From assembly GCF_036971445.1 (NCBI RefSeq), contig NC_091476.1, positions 82,026,001 through 82,090,000 of the forward strand: 64,000 nt of DNA, given 5' to 3'. This document shows positions 36,801 through 50,790 of this stretch, in pieces. The notes below the pieces were generated by a model. The model made no database searches. It saw nothing but the letters and a program-made list of their open reading frames with translations, and was not told where the DNA came from. The stretch is from Narcine bancroftii (taxonomy: Eukaryota). The translations under genes and the position numbers were made by a program. Each line of letters opens with the position of its first letter. The first letter of the stretch is position 1.

Positions 36801-39800
36801 GGCCTACGCTCCATGTGCCGGGTCGGGGCTTCGCTCCCTGTGACGTGTCGGGGCTTCATTGAGCGTGACGGGACGGGGCTTCGCTCCGCGTGTCGGGACG
36901 GCTCTTCGCTCTGTGTGATGGGCTCCGTCTTCACTCTGTGTGACGGGACGGGGCTTCTCACTGTGTGATGGGACGGGGCTTCGCTCTCGTGACGGGACGG
37001 GGCTTCGCACTTTGTGACGGAGTGTGTGATGGGACGGGGCTTCACTGCGCGTGACGGGACTGGGCTTTGCTCGGCGTGACGGGACGGTGCTTTGCTCGGT
37101 GTGACGGGACGGTGCTTTGCTCGGTGAGACTAGAAGGGGCTTTGCTCGGTGTGACGGGACTGGGCTTTGCTCGATGTTACTGGACGGGGCTTTGCTCGGT
37201 GTGATGGGACGGGGCTGTGCTCGGTGTGACGGGACGGGGCTTTGCTCTTTGTGACAGACCGGGGCTTCACTCTTTGTGACGGGATGGGGCTTCGTCTTTG
37301 TGACGGGACGGGGCTTCTCTCCTTGTGACGGGACGGGGCTTCTCTCCTTGTGACGGGATGGGGCTTTGCTCTTTGTGACGGGACTGGGCTTCACGCTGTG
37401 TCGCTGCCATGGGAGTGTGTGACGGGAAGGGGCTTCGCTCTGTATGAACGGTATGGGGCGAGGCTTTGCTCTGTGTGACGGGAAGGGGCTTTGCTCGGCG
37501 TGACGGGACGGGGCTTCGCTCTGTGTGACGGGACGGTTCTTCGCTCTGTGTGAGGGGACGGGGCTTCGCTCTTTGTGACGGGACGGGGCTTCGCACTTTT
37601 TGTCGGGACGGGTCTTCGCTCTTTGTTACAGGACGTGACTTCGCTCTGTGTGACGGGACGTGGCTTTGCTCGGTGTGACGGGACGGGGCTTCGCTCTGTG
37701 TGACTGGAAGGGGCTTCGCTCGGCGTGACGGGACGGGGCTTCGCTCCGTATGACGGGACGGGGCTTCGCTCGGCGTGACGGGACGGGGCTTCACTCCGTG
37801 TGACGGGACGGGACTTCGCTCCGTGTGCCAGGACGGGATTTTCTCTGCGTGACGGGACGGGGCTTCGCTCTGTGTGACAGAACAGGGATTTGCTCTGTGT
37901 GACGGGATGGGGCTTTGCTCTGAGTGATGGTAATGGACTTCACTCTGTCTCCCCGCCCAGGAGTGTGTGAAAGATTGGGGCTTAGCTCTGTGTCCCCGCC
38001 CCAGGTGTGTGTGACATGACGGGACATTGCTCTGTTTGACGGGAAGGGGCTTTGATCTCTGTGACGGGTCGGGGCGAGGCTTTGCTCTGTGTGATGGGAC
38101 GGTGCTAGGCTTTGCTCTGTGTGGCTGGACAGGGCTTCGCTCTTTGTCACGGGACTGGGCTTTACTGTGTGTCCCTGCCCCGGTAGGGCGTGACGGGTTG
38201 GGGCTTTGCTCTGTGTCCCCGCCCCAGGTTTGTATGATGGGACGGGGCGTCACACCGTGCGACAGGAAGGGCCTACGCTCCATGTGACGGGTCGGGGCTT
38301 CGCTCCCTGTGACGTGTCGGGGCTTCACTGCGCGTGACGGGACGGGGCTTCGCTCCGCGTGACAGGACGGCTCTTCGCTCTGTGTGATGGGCTCCGTCTT
38401 CACTCTGTGTGACGGGACGGGGCTTCTCACTGTGTGATGGGACGGGGCTTCGTTCTCGTGACGGGACGGGGCTTCGCACTTTGTGTCGGGACGGGGCTTC
38501 GCTCTTCGTGACGGGACGGGGATTCGGTCTTTGTGACGGAGTGTGTGATGGGACAGGGCTTCACTGCGCGTGACGGGACTGGGCTTTGCTCGGCGTGACG
38601 GGACGGTGCTTTGCTCGGTGTGACGGGACCGTGCTTTGCTCGGTGAGACTAGAAGGGGCTTTGCTCGGTGTGACGGGACTGGGCTTTGCTCGATGTGACT
38701 GGACGGGGCTTTGCTCGGTGTGATGGGACGGGGCTGTGCTCGCTGTGACGGGACGGGGCTTTGCTCTGTGTGACGGGACGCGGCTTCTCTCGGTGAGACG
38801 GGACGGGACTTCGCTCTTTGTGACAGACCGGGGCTTCACTCTTTGTGACGGGATGGGGCTTCGCTCTTTGTGACGGGACGGGGCTTCTCTCCTTGTGACG
38901 GGACGGGGCTTCTCTCCTTGTGACGGGATGGGGCTTTGCTCTTTGTGACGGGACTGGGCTTCACGCTGTGTCGCTGCCATGGGAGTGTGTGACGGGAAGG
39001 GGCTTCGCTCTGTATGAACGGTATGGGGAGAGGCTTTGCTCTGTGTGACGGGAAGGGGCTTTGCTCGGCGTGACGGGACGGGGCTTCGCTCTGTGTGACG
39101 GGACGGTGCTTCGCTCTGTGTGAGGGGACGGGGCTTCGCTCTTTGTGACGGGACGGGGCTTCGCACTTTTTGTCGGGACGGGTCTTCGCTCTTTGTTACA
39201 GGACGTGACTTCGCTCTGTGTGACGGGACGTGGCTTTGCTCGGTGTGACGGGACGGGGCTTCGCTCTGTGTGACTGGAAGGGGCTTCGCTCGGCGTGACG
39301 GGACGGGGCTTCGCTCCGTATGACGGGACGGGGCTTCGCTCGGCGTGACGGGACGGGGCTTCACTACGTGTGACGGGACGGGACTTCGCTCCGTGTGCCA
39401 GGACGGGATTTTCTCTGCGTGACGGGACGGGGCTTCGCTCCCTGTGACGTGTCGGGGCTTCACTGCGCGTGACGGGACGGGGCTTCGCTCCGCGTGACGG
39501 GACGGCTCTTCGCTCTGTGTGATGGGCTCGGTCTTCACTCTGCGTGACGGGACGGGGCTTCACACTGTGTGATGGGACGGGGCTTCGTTCTCGTGACGGG
39601 ACGGGGCTTCGCACTTTGTGTCGGGACGGGGCTTCGCTCTTCGTGACGGGACGGGGATTCGGTCTTAGTGACGGAGTGTGTGACGGGACGGGGCTTCACT
39701 GCGCGTGACGGGACTTGGCTTTGCTCGGCGTGACGGGACGGTGCTTTGCTCGGTGTGACGGGATGGTGCTTTGCTCGGTGAGACTAGAAGGGGCTTTGCT

Positions 39801-42800
39801 CGGTGTGACGGGACTGGGCTTTGCTCGATGTGACTGGACGGGGCTTTACTCGGTGTGATGGGACGGGGCTGTGCTCGGTGTGACGGGACGGGGCTTTGCT
39901 CTGTGTGACGGGACGCGGCTTTGCTCGGTGTGACGGGACGGGGCTTCGCTCTTTGTGACAGACCGGGGCTTCACTCTTTGTGACGGGATGGGGCTTCGCT
40001 CTTTGTGACGGGACGGGGCTTCTCTCCTTGTGACGGGACGGGGCTTCTCTCCTTGTGACGGGATGGGGCTTTGCTCTTTGTGACGGGACTGGGCTTCACG
40101 CTGTGTCGCTGCCATGGGAGTGTGTGACGGGAAGGGTCTTCGCTCTGTATGAACGGTATGGGGCGAGGCTTTGCTCTGTGTGGCGGGACATTGCTTCGCT
40201 CTTTGTGACGGGACGGGGCTTTACTGTGTGTCCCTGCCCCGGTAGGGTGTGACGGGTTGGGGCTTTGCTCTGTGTCCCCGCCACAGGTTTGTATGATGGG
40301 ACGGGGCGTCACACCGTGTGACGGGAAGGGGCTACGCTCCGTGTGACGGGTCGGTGCTTGGCTCCCTGTGACGGGACGGGGCTTCGTTGCGTGTGAGGGG
40401 ACGGGGTTTCGCTCTGTGTGACGGGACGGGGCTTTGCTCTGTGTGCCAGGACGCGGCCTTGCTCCGTGTGAGGGGATGGGGTTTCCTCCGTGTGACGGGA
40501 CGTGGCTTGCTCCGTGTAAGGCACGGCGCTTTGTTCCGAGTGACAGCTTCGCTCTTTGTGACGGGACGGGGCTTCTCTCTGTGTGACGGGACGGGGCTTT
40601 GCTCGCTGTAACGGGACGGAGCTTTGCTCGCTGTAACGGGACGGGGCTTTGCTCGGTGTGACGGGACCGTGCTTCGCTCGGTGTGACAGGACGGTGCTTC
40701 GCTCGGTGTGACGGACGGGGCTTCGCTCCGTGTGACGGGACGGGGCTTCGCTCTGTGTGACGGAATAGGGATTTTCTCTGTGTGACCGGACGGGGCTTTA
40801 CTCTGAGTGATGGTAATGGACTTCACTCTGTCTCCCCGCCCAGGAGTGTGTGAAAGATTGGGGGCTTAGCTCTGTGTCCCCGCCCCAGGTGTGTGTGACA
40901 TGACGGGACATTGCTCTGTTTGACGGGAAGGGGCTTTGATCTCTGTGACGGGTCGGGGCGAGGCTTTGCTCTGTGTGACGGGACGGTGCTAGGCTTTGCT
41001 CTGTGTGGCTGGACAGGGCTTCGCTCTTTGTCACGGGACTGGGCTTTACTGTGTGTCCCTGCCCCGGTAGGGTGTGACGGGTTGGGGCTTTGCTCTGTGT
41101 CCCCGCCCCAGGTTTGTATGATGGGACGGGGCGTCACACCGTGCGACAGGAAGGGCCTACGCTCCATGTGACGGGTCGGGGCTTCGCTCCCTGTGACGTG
41201 TCGGGGCTTCACTGCGCGTGACGGGACGGGGCTTCGCTCCGCGTGACGGGACGGCTCTTCGGTCTGTGTGATGGGCTCCGTCTTCACTCTGTGTGACGGG
41301 ACGGGGCTTCTCACTGTGTGATGGGACGGGGCTTCGTTCTCGTGACGGGACGGGGCTTCGCACTTTGTGTCGGGACGGGGCTTCGTCTTCGTGACGGGAC
41401 GGGGATTCGGTCTTTGTGACGGAGTGTGTGACGGGACGGGGCTTCACTGCGCGTGACGGGACTTGGCTTTGCTCGGCGTGACGGGACGGTGCTTTGCTCG
41501 GTGTGACGGGACGATGCTTTGCTCGGTGAGACTAGAAGGGGCTTTGCTCGGTGTGACGGGACTGGGCTTTGCTCGATGTGACTGGACGGGGCTTTACTCG
41601 GTGTGATGGGACGGGGCTGTGCTCGGTGTGACGGGACGGGGCTTTGCTCTGTGTGACGGGACGCGGCTTTGCTCGGTGTGACGGGACGGGGCTTCGCTCT
41701 TTGTGACAGACCGGGGCTTCACTCTTTGTGACGGGATGGGGCTTCGCTCTTTGTAACGGGACGGGTCTTCTCTCCTTGTGACGGGACGGGGCTTCTCTCC
41801 TTGTGACGGGATGGGGCTTTGCTCTTTGTGACGGGACTGGGCTTCACGCTGTGTCGCTGCCATGGGAGTGTGTGACGGGAAGGGTCTTCGCTCTGTATGA
41901 ACGGTATGGGGCGAGGCTTTGCTCTGTGTGGCGGGACAGGGCTTCGCTCTTTGTGACGGGACGGGGCCTTACTGTGTGTCCCTGCCCCGGTAGGGTGTGA
42001 CGGGTTGGGGCTTTGCTCTGTGTCCCCGCCACAGGTTTGTATGATGGGACGGGGCGTCACACCGTGTGACGGGAAGGGGCTACGCTCCGTGTGACGGGTC
42101 GGTGCTTGGCTCCCTGTGACGGGACGGGGCTTCGCTGCGTGTGAGGGGACGGGGTTTCGCTCTGTGTGACGGGACGGGGCTTTGCTCCGTGTGCCAGGAC
42201 GCGGCCTTGCTCCGTGTGAGGGGATGGAGTTTCCTCCGTGTGACGGGACGTGGCTTGCTCCGTGTAAGGCACGGCGCTTTGTTCCGAGTGACAGCTTCGC
42301 TCTTCGTGACGGGACTGGGCTTCTCTCTGTGTGACGGGACGGGGCTTTGCTCGCTGTAACGGGACGGGGTTTGATCGCTGTAACGGGACGGGGCTTTGCT
42401 CGGCGTGACGGGACCGTGCTTCACTCGGTGTGACAGGACGGGGCTTCGCTCGGTGTGACGGGACGGGGCTTCGCTCCGTGTGACGGGACGGGGCTTCGCT
42501 CTGTGTGACGGAATAGGGATTTGCTCTGTGTGACCGGACGGGGCTTTACTCTGAGTGATGGTAATGGACTTCACTCTGTCTCCCCGCCCAGGAGTGTGTG
42601 AAGGATTGGGGCTTTGCTCTGTGTCCCCGCCCCAGGTGTGTGTGACGTGACTGGACATTGCTCTGTGTGACGGGAAGGGGCTTTGCTCTCTGTGAGGGGA
42701 CGGTGCTAGGCTTTGCTCTGTGTTGCGGTACGGGGCTTCGCTCCCTGTGATGGGTCGGGGCTTCGCTGCGAGTGACGGTATGGGGCTTCGCTCGGTGTGA

Positions 42801-45800
42801 CGGGACGGGGCTTCGCTCGGTGTGACAGGACGGCGCTTCGCTCCGTGTGACACGACGGGGCTTCGCTCCGTGTGCAAGGACGCGGCCTTGCTCCGTGTGA
42901 GGGGACGGGGTTTCCTCCGTGTGACCGGACGTGGCTTGCTCCGTGTAAGGCACGGGGCATTGTTCCGATTGACGGGACGCAGCTTCGCTCTGTGTGACGG
43001 GAGTGGACGAGGCTTTGCTCTGTGTGACCGGACAGGGATTCACAATTCGTGACGGTACGGGGCTTCGCTCTTTGTAACGGGACGGGGCTTCGCTCTGTGT
43101 GACGGGACAGGAGTTTGCTTGGCGTGACGGGAGGGGCTTCGCTCTTTGTGTCGGGACGGGGCTTCGCTCTTTGTGAAGGGACGGGGTTTCGCTCTTTGTG
43201 ACGGGATGGGGCTTCGGTCTTTGTGACGGGATGTGGCTTCGCTCTGTGTGACAGGACGTGGCTTTGCTCGGCGTGACGGGACGGGGCTTCGCTCTGTGTG
43301 ACTGGAAGGGGCTTCGCTCGGTGTGACGGTCGGGGCTTTGCTCGGTATGACGGGACGGGGCTTCGCTCGGCGTGACGGGACTGGGCTTCGCTCTGTGTGA
43401 CAGAACAGGGATTTGCTCTGTGTGACGGGATGGGGCTTTGCTCTGAGTGATTGTAATGGACTTCACTCTGTCTCCCCGCCCAGGAGTGTGTGAAAGATTG
43501 GGGCTTAGCTCTGTGTCCCCGCCCCAGGTGTGTGTGACATGACGGGACATTGCTCTGTTTGACGGGAAGGGGCTTTGATCTCTGTGACGGGTCGGGGCGA
43601 GTCTTTGCTCTGTGTGACGGGACGGTGCTAGGCTTTGCTCTGTGTGGCTGGACAGGGCTTCGCTCTTTGTCACGGGACTGGGCTTTACTGTGTGTCCCTG
43701 CCCCGGTAGGGTGTGACGGGTTGGGGCTTTGCTCTGTGTCCCCGCCCCAGGTTTGTATGATGGGACGGGGCGTCACACCGTGTGACAGGAACGGCCTACG
43801 CTCCATGTGCCGGGTCGGGGCTTCGCTCCCTGTGACGTGTCGGGTCTTCATTGCGCGTGACGGGACGGGGCTTCGCTCCGCGTGTCGGGACGGCTCTTCG
43901 CTCTGTGTGATGGGCTCCGTCTTCACTCTGTGTGACGGGACGGGGCTTCTCACTGTGTGATGGGACGGGGCTTCGCTCCGCGTGTCGGGACGGCTCTTCG
44001 CTCTGTGTGATGGGCTCCGTCTTCACTCTGTGTGACGGGACGGGGCTTCTCACTGTGTGATGGGACGGGGCTTCGCTCTCGTGACGGGACGGGGCTTCGC
44101 ACTTTGTGACGGAGTGTGTGATGGGACGGGGCTTCACTGCGCGTGACGGGACTGGGCTTTGCTCGGCGTGACGGGACGGTGCTTTGCTCGGTGTGACGGG
44201 ACGGTGCTTTGCTCGGTGAGACTAGAAGGGGCTTTGCTCGGTGTGACGGGACTGGGCTTTGCTCGATGTTACTGGACGGGGCTTTGCTCGGTGTGATGGG
44301 ACGGGGCTGTGCTCGGTGTGACGGGACGGGGCTTTGCTCTTTGTGACAGACCGGGGCTTCACTCTTTGTGACGGGATGGGGCTTCGTCTTTGTGACGGGA
44401 CGGGGCTTCTCTCCTTGTGACGGGACGGGGCTTCTCTCCTTGTGACGGGATGGGGCTTTGCTCTTTGTGACGGGACTGGGCTTCACGCTGTGTCGCTGCC
44501 ATGGGAGTGTGTGACGGGAAGGGGCTTCGCTCTGTATGAACGGTATGGGGCGAGGCTTTGCTCTGTGTGACGGGAAGGGGCTTTGCTCGGCGTGACGGGA
44601 CGGGGCTTCGCTCTGTGTGACGGGACGGTTCTTCGCTCTGTGTGAGGGAACGGGGCTTCGCTCTTTGTGACGGGACGGGGCTTCGCACTTTTTGTCGGGA
44701 CGGGTCTTCGCTCTTTGTTACAGGACGTGACTTCGCTCTGTGTGACGGGACGTGGCTTTGCTCGGCGTGACGGGACGGGGCTTCGCTCCGTATGACGGGA
44801 CGGGGCTTCGCTCGGCGTGACGGGACGGGGCTTCACTCCGTGTGACGGGACGGGACTTCGCTCCGTGTGCCAGGACGGGATTTTCTCTGCGTGACGGGAC
44901 GGGGCTTCGCTCTGTGTGACAGAACAGGGATTTGCTCTGTGTGACGGGATGGGGCTTTGCTCTGAGTGATGGTAATGGACTTCACTCTGTCTCCCCGCCC
45001 AGGAGTGTGTGAAAGATTGGGGCTTAGCTCTGTGTCCCCGCCCCAGGTGTGTGTGACATGACGGGACATTGCTCTGTTTGACGGGAAGGGGCTTTGATCT
45101 CTGTGACGGGTCGGGGCGAGGCTTTGCTCTGTGTGATGGGACGGTGCTAGGCTTTGCTCTGTGTGGCTGGACAGGGCTTCGCTCTTTGTCACGGGACTGG
45201 GCTTTACTGTGTGTCCCTGCCCCGGTAGGGCGTGACGGGTTGGGGCTTTGCTCTGTGTCCCCGCCCCAGGTTTGTATGATGGGACGGGGCGTCACGCCGT
45301 GCGACAGGAAGGGCCTACGCTCCATGTGACGGGTCGGGGCTTCGCTCCCTGTGACGTGTCGGGGCTTCACTGCGCGTGACGGGACGGGGCTTCGCTCCGC
45401 GTGACAGGACGGCTCTTCGCTCTGTGTGATGGGCTCCGTCTTCACTCTGTGTGACGGGACGGGGCTTCTCACTGTGTGATGGGACGGGGCTTCGTTCTCG
45501 TGACAGGACGGGGCTTCGCACTTTGTGTCGGGACGGGGCTTCGCTCTTCGTGACGGGACGGGGATTCGGTCTTTGTGACGGAGTGTGTGATGGGACAGGG
45601 CTTCACTGCGCGTGACGGGACTGGGCTTTGCTCGGCGTGACGGGACGGTGCTTTGCTCGGTGTGACGGGACCGTGCTTTGCTCGGTGAGACTAGAAGGGG
45701 CTTTGCTCGGTGTGACGGGACTGGGATTTGCTCGATGTGACTGGACGGGGCTTTGCTCGGTGTGATGGGACGGGGCTGTGCTCGCTGTGACGGGACGGGG

Positions 45801-46150
45801 CTTTGCTCTGTGTGACGGGACGCGGCTTCTCTCGGTGAGACGGGACGGGACTTCGCTCTTTGTGACAGACCGGGGCTTCACTCTTTGTGACGGGATGGGG
45901 CTTCGCTCTTTGTGACGGGACGGGGCTTCTCTCCTTGTGACGGGACGGGGCTTCTCTCCTTGTGACGGGATGGGGCTTTGCTCTTTGTGACGGGACTGGG
46001 CTTCACGCTGTGTCGCTGCCATGGGAGTGTGTGACGGGAAGGGGCTTCGCTCTGTATGAACGGTATGGGGAGAGGCTTTGCTCTGTGTGACGGGAAGGGG
46101 CTTTGCTCGGCGTGACGGGACGGGGCTTCGCTCTGTGTGACGGGACGGTG
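33075..46150 (+). repeat. Tandem duplication of an about 7-kb higher-order unit (about 33075-40042 and 40043-46150, second copy truncated)
   Basis: ORF offsets 6968 (33087/40055), 6967 (34836/41803), 6992 (35830/42822), 7092 (37267/44359) and 7042 (38027/45069, 38561/45603); shared 1-bp indels GATTGGGGGCTT (about 33889 and 40856) and GGGGTTTGATC (about 35399 and 42366). Confidence 0.87.
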
Positions 46151-46579
46151 CTTACGCTCCATGTGCCGGGTCGGGGCTTCGCTCCCTGTGACGTGTCGGG
46201 GCTTCACTGCGCGTGACGGGACGGGGCTTCGCTCCGCGTGACGGGACGGCTCTTCGCTCTGTGTGATGGGCTCCGTCTTCACTCTGTGTGACGGGACGGG
46301 GCTTCTCACTGTGTGATGGGACGGGGCTTCGTTCTCGTGACGGGACGGGGCTTCGCACTTTGTGTCGGGACGGGGCTTCGCTCTTCGTGACGGGACGGGG
46401 ATTCGGTCTTTGTGACGGAGTGTGTGATGGGACGGGGCTTCACTGCGCGTGACGGGACTGGGCTTTGCTCGGCGTGACGGGACGGTGCTTTGCTCGGTGT
46501 GACGGGACGGTGCTTTGCTCGGTGAGACTAGAAGGGGCTTTGCTCGGTGTGACGGGACTGGGCTTTGCTCGATGTTACT

Positions 46580-49500
46580 GGACGGCTCTTCGCTCTGTGT
46601 GATGGGCTCCGTCTTCACTCTGTGTGACGGGACGGGGCTTCTCACTGTGTGATGGGACGGGGCTTCGTTCTCGTGACGGGACGGGGCTTCGCACTTTGTG
46701 TCGGGACGGGGCTTCGCTCTTCGTGACGGGACGGGGATTCGGTCTTTGTGACGGAGTGTGTGATGGGACAGGGCTTCACTGCGCGTGACGGGACTGGGCT
46801 TTGCTCGGCGTGACGGGACGGTGCTTTGCTCGGTGTGACGGGACCGTGCTTTGCTCGGTGAGACTAGAAGGGGCTTTGCTCGGTGTGACGGGACTGGGCT
46901 TTGCTCGATGTGACTGGACGGGGCTTTGCTCGGTGTGATGGGACGGGGCTGTGCTCGCTGTGACGGGACGGGGCTTTGCTCTGTGTGACGGGACGCGGCT
47001 TCTCTCGGTGAGACGGGACGGGACTTCGCTCTTTGTGACAGACCGGGGCTTCACTCTTTGTGACGGGATGGGGCTTCGCTCTTTGTGACGGGACGGGGCT
47101 TCTCTCCTTGTGACGGGACGGGGCTTCTCTCCTTGTGACGGGATGGGGCTTTGCTCTTTGTGACGGGACTGGGCTTCACGCTGTGTCGCTGCCATGGGAG
47201 TGTGTGACGGGAAGGGGCTTCGCTCTGTATGAACGGTATGGGGAGAGGCTTTGCTCTGTGTGACGGGAAGGGGCTTTGCTCGGCGTGACGGGACGGGGCT
47301 TCGCTCTGTGTGACGGGACGGTGCTTCGCTCTGTGTGAGGGGACGGGGCTTCGCTCTTTGTGACGGGACGGGGCTTCGCACTTTTTGTCGGGACGGGTCT
47401 TCGCTCTTTGTTACAGGACGTGACTTCGCTCTGTGTGACGGGACGTGGCTTTGCTCGGTGTGACGGGACGGGGCTTCGCTCTGTGTGACTGGAAGGGGCT
47501 TCGCTCGGCGTGACGGGACGGGGCTTCGCTCCGTATGACGGGACGGGGCTTCGCTCGGCGTGACGGGACGGGGCTTCACTACGTGTGACGGGACGGGACT
47601 TCGCTCCGTGTGCCAGGACGGGATTTTCTCTGCGTGACGGGACGGGGCTTCGCTCCCTGTGACGTGTCGGGGCTTCACTGCGCGTGACGGGACGGGGCTT
47701 CGCTCCGCGTGACGGGACGGCTCTTCGCTCTGTGTGATGGGCTCGGTCTTCACTCTGTGTGACGGGACGGGGCTTCTCACTGTGTGATGGGACGGGGCTT
47801 CGTTCTCGTGACGGGACGGGGCTTCGCACTTTGTGTCGGGACGGGGCTTCGCTCTTCGTGACGGGACGGGGATTCGGTCTTTGTGACGGAGTGTGTGACG
47901 GGACGGGGCTTCACTGCGCGTGACGGGACTTGGCTTTGCTCGGCGTGACGGGACGGTGCTTTGCTCGGTGAGACTAGAAGGGGCTTTGCTCGGTGTGACG
48001 GGACTGGGCTTTGCTCGATGTGACTGGACGGGGCTTTACTCGGTGTGATGGGACGGGGCTGTGCTCGGTGTGACGGGACGGGGCTTTGCTCTGTGTGACG
48101 GGACGCGGCTTTGCTCGGTGTGACGGGACGGGGCTTCGCTCTTTGTGACAGACCGGGGCTTCACTCTTTGTGACGGGATGGGGCTTCGCTCTTTGTGACG
48201 GGACGGGGCTTCTCTCCTTGTGACGGGACGGGGCTTCTCTCCTTGTGACGGGATGGGGCTTTGCTCTTTGTGACGGGACTGGGCTTCACGCTGTGTCGCT
48301 GCCATGGGAGTGTGTGACGGGAAGGGTCTTCGCTCTGTATGAACGGTATGGGGCGAGGCTTTGCTCTGTGTGGCGGGACAGGGCTTCGCTCTTTGTGACG
48401 GGACGGGGCTTTACTGTGTGTCCCTGCCCCGGTAGGGTGTGACGGGTTGGGGCTTTGCTCTGTGTCCCCGCCACAGGTTTGTATGATGGGACGGGGCGTC
48501 ACACCGTGTGACGGGAAGGGGCTACGCTCCGTGTGACGGGTCTGTGCTTGGCTCCCTGTGACGGGACGGGGCTTCGCTGCGTGTGAGGGGACAGGGTTTC
48601 GCTCTGTGTGACGGGACGGGGCTTTGCTCCGTGTGCCAGGACGCGGCCTTGCTCCGTGTGAGGGGATGGGGTTTCCTCCGTGTGACGGGACGTGGCTTGC
48701 TCCGTGTAAGGCACGGCGCTTTGTTCCGAGTGACAGCTTCGCTCTGTGTGACGGGACGGGGCTTCTCTCTGTGTGACGGGACGGGGCTTTGCTCGCTGTA
48801 ACGGGACGGGGCTTTGATCGCTGTAACGGGACGGGGCTTTGCTCGGCGTGACGGGACCGTGCTTCGCTCGGTGTGACAGGACGGGGCTTCGCTCGGTGTG
48901 ACGGGACGGGGCTTCGCTCCGTGTGACGGGACGGGGCTTCGCTCTGTGTGACGGAATAGGGATTTGCTCTGTGTGACCGGACGGGGCTTTACTCTGAGTG
49001 ATGGTAATGGACTTCACTCTGTCTCCCCGCCCAGGAGTGTGTGAAGGATTGGGGCTTTGCTCTGTGTCCCCGCCCCAGGTGTGTGTGACGTGACTGGACA
49101 TTGCTCTGTGTGACGGGAAGGGGCTTTGCTCTCTGTGAGGGGACGGTGCTAGGCTTTGCTCTGTGTTGCGGTACGGGGCTTCGCTCCCTGTGATGGGTCG
49201 GGGCTTCGCTGCGAGTGACGGTATGGGGCTTCGCTCGATGTGACGGGACGGGGCTTCGCTCGGTGTGACGGGACGGCGCTTCGCTCCGTGTGACACGACG
49301 GGGCTTCGCTCCGTGTGACGGGACAGGAGTTTGCTTGGCGTGACGGGAGGGGCTTCGCTCTTTGTGTCGGGACGGGGCTTCGCTCTTTGTAACGGGACAG
49401 GGCTTCGCTCTGTGTGACGGGACAGGAGTTTGCTTGGCGTGACGGGAGGGGCTTCGCTCTTTGTGTCGGGACGGGGCTTCGCTCTTTGTGAAGGGACGGG

Positions 49501-50790
49501 GTTTCGCTCTTTGTGACGGGATGGGGCTTCGGTCTTTGTGACGGGATGGGGCTTCGCTCTGTGTGACAGGACGTGGCTTTGCTCGGCGTGACGGGACGGG
49601 GCTTCGCTCTGTGTGACTGGAAGGGGCTTCGCTCGGTGTGACGGTCGGGGCTTTGCTCGGTATGACGGGACGGGGCTTCGCTCGGCGTGACGGGACTGGG
49701 CTTCGCTCTGTGTGACAGAACAGGGATTTGCTCTGTGTGACGGGATGGGGCTTTGCTCTGAGTGATTGTAATGGACTTCACTCTGTCTCCCCGCCCAGGA
49801 GTGTGTGAAAGATTGGGGCTTAGCTCTGTGTCCCCGCCCCAGGTGTGTGTGACATGACGGGACATTGCTCTGTTTGACGGGAAGGGGCTTTGATCTCTGT
49901 GACGGGTCGGGGCGAGTCTTTGCTCTGTGTGACGGGACGGTGCTAGGCTTTGCTCTGTGTGGCTGGACAGGGCTTCGCTCTTTGTCACGGGACTGGGCTT
50001 TACTGTGTGTCCCTGCCCCGGTAGGGTGTGACGGGTTGGGGCTTTGCTCTGTGTCCCCGCCCCAGGTTTGTATGATGGGACGGGGCGTCACACCGTGTGA
50101 CAGGAAGGGCCTACGCTCCATGTGCCGGGTCGGGGCTTCGCTCCCTGTGACGTGTCGGGGCTTCATTGCGCGTGACGGGACGGGGCTTCGCTCCGCGTGT
50201 CGGGACGGCTCTTCGCTCTGTGTGATGGGCTCCGTCTTCACTCTGTGTGACGGGACGGGGCTTCTCACTGTGTGATGGGACGGGGCTTGGCTCTCGTGAC
50301 GGGACGGGGCTTCGCACTTTGTGACGGAGTGTGTGATGGGACGGGGCTTCACTGCGCGTGACGGGACTGGGCTTTGCTCGGCGTGACGGGACGGTGCTTT
50401 GCTCGGTGTGACGGGACGGTGCTTTGCTCGGTGAGACTAGAAGGGGCTTTGCTCGGTGTGACGGGACTGGGCTTTGCTCGATGTTACTGGACGGGGCTTT
50501 GCTCGGTGTGATGGGACGGGGCTGTGCTCGGTGTGACGGGACGGGGCTTTGCTCTTTGTGACAGACCGGGGCTTCACTCTTTGTGACGGGATGGGGCTTC
50601 GTCTTTGTGACGGGACGGGGCTTCTCTCCTTGTGACGGGACGGGGCTTCTCTCCTTGTGACGGGATGGGGCTTTGCTCTTTGTGACGGGACTGGGCTTCA
50701 CGCTGTGTCGCTGCCATGGGAGTGTGTGACGGGAAGGGGCTTCGCTCTGTATGAACGGTATGGGGCGAGGCTTTGCTCTGTGTGACGGGA
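46580..50790 (+). repeat. Third, rearranged copy of modules from the central about 7-kb unit
   Basis: ORF pairs 38561/46776 and 38961/47176 (offset 8215), 39846/48036 (8190), 36558/49865; shares the GATTGTAATGG cassette variant (36457, 43449, 49764). Confidence 0.72.
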
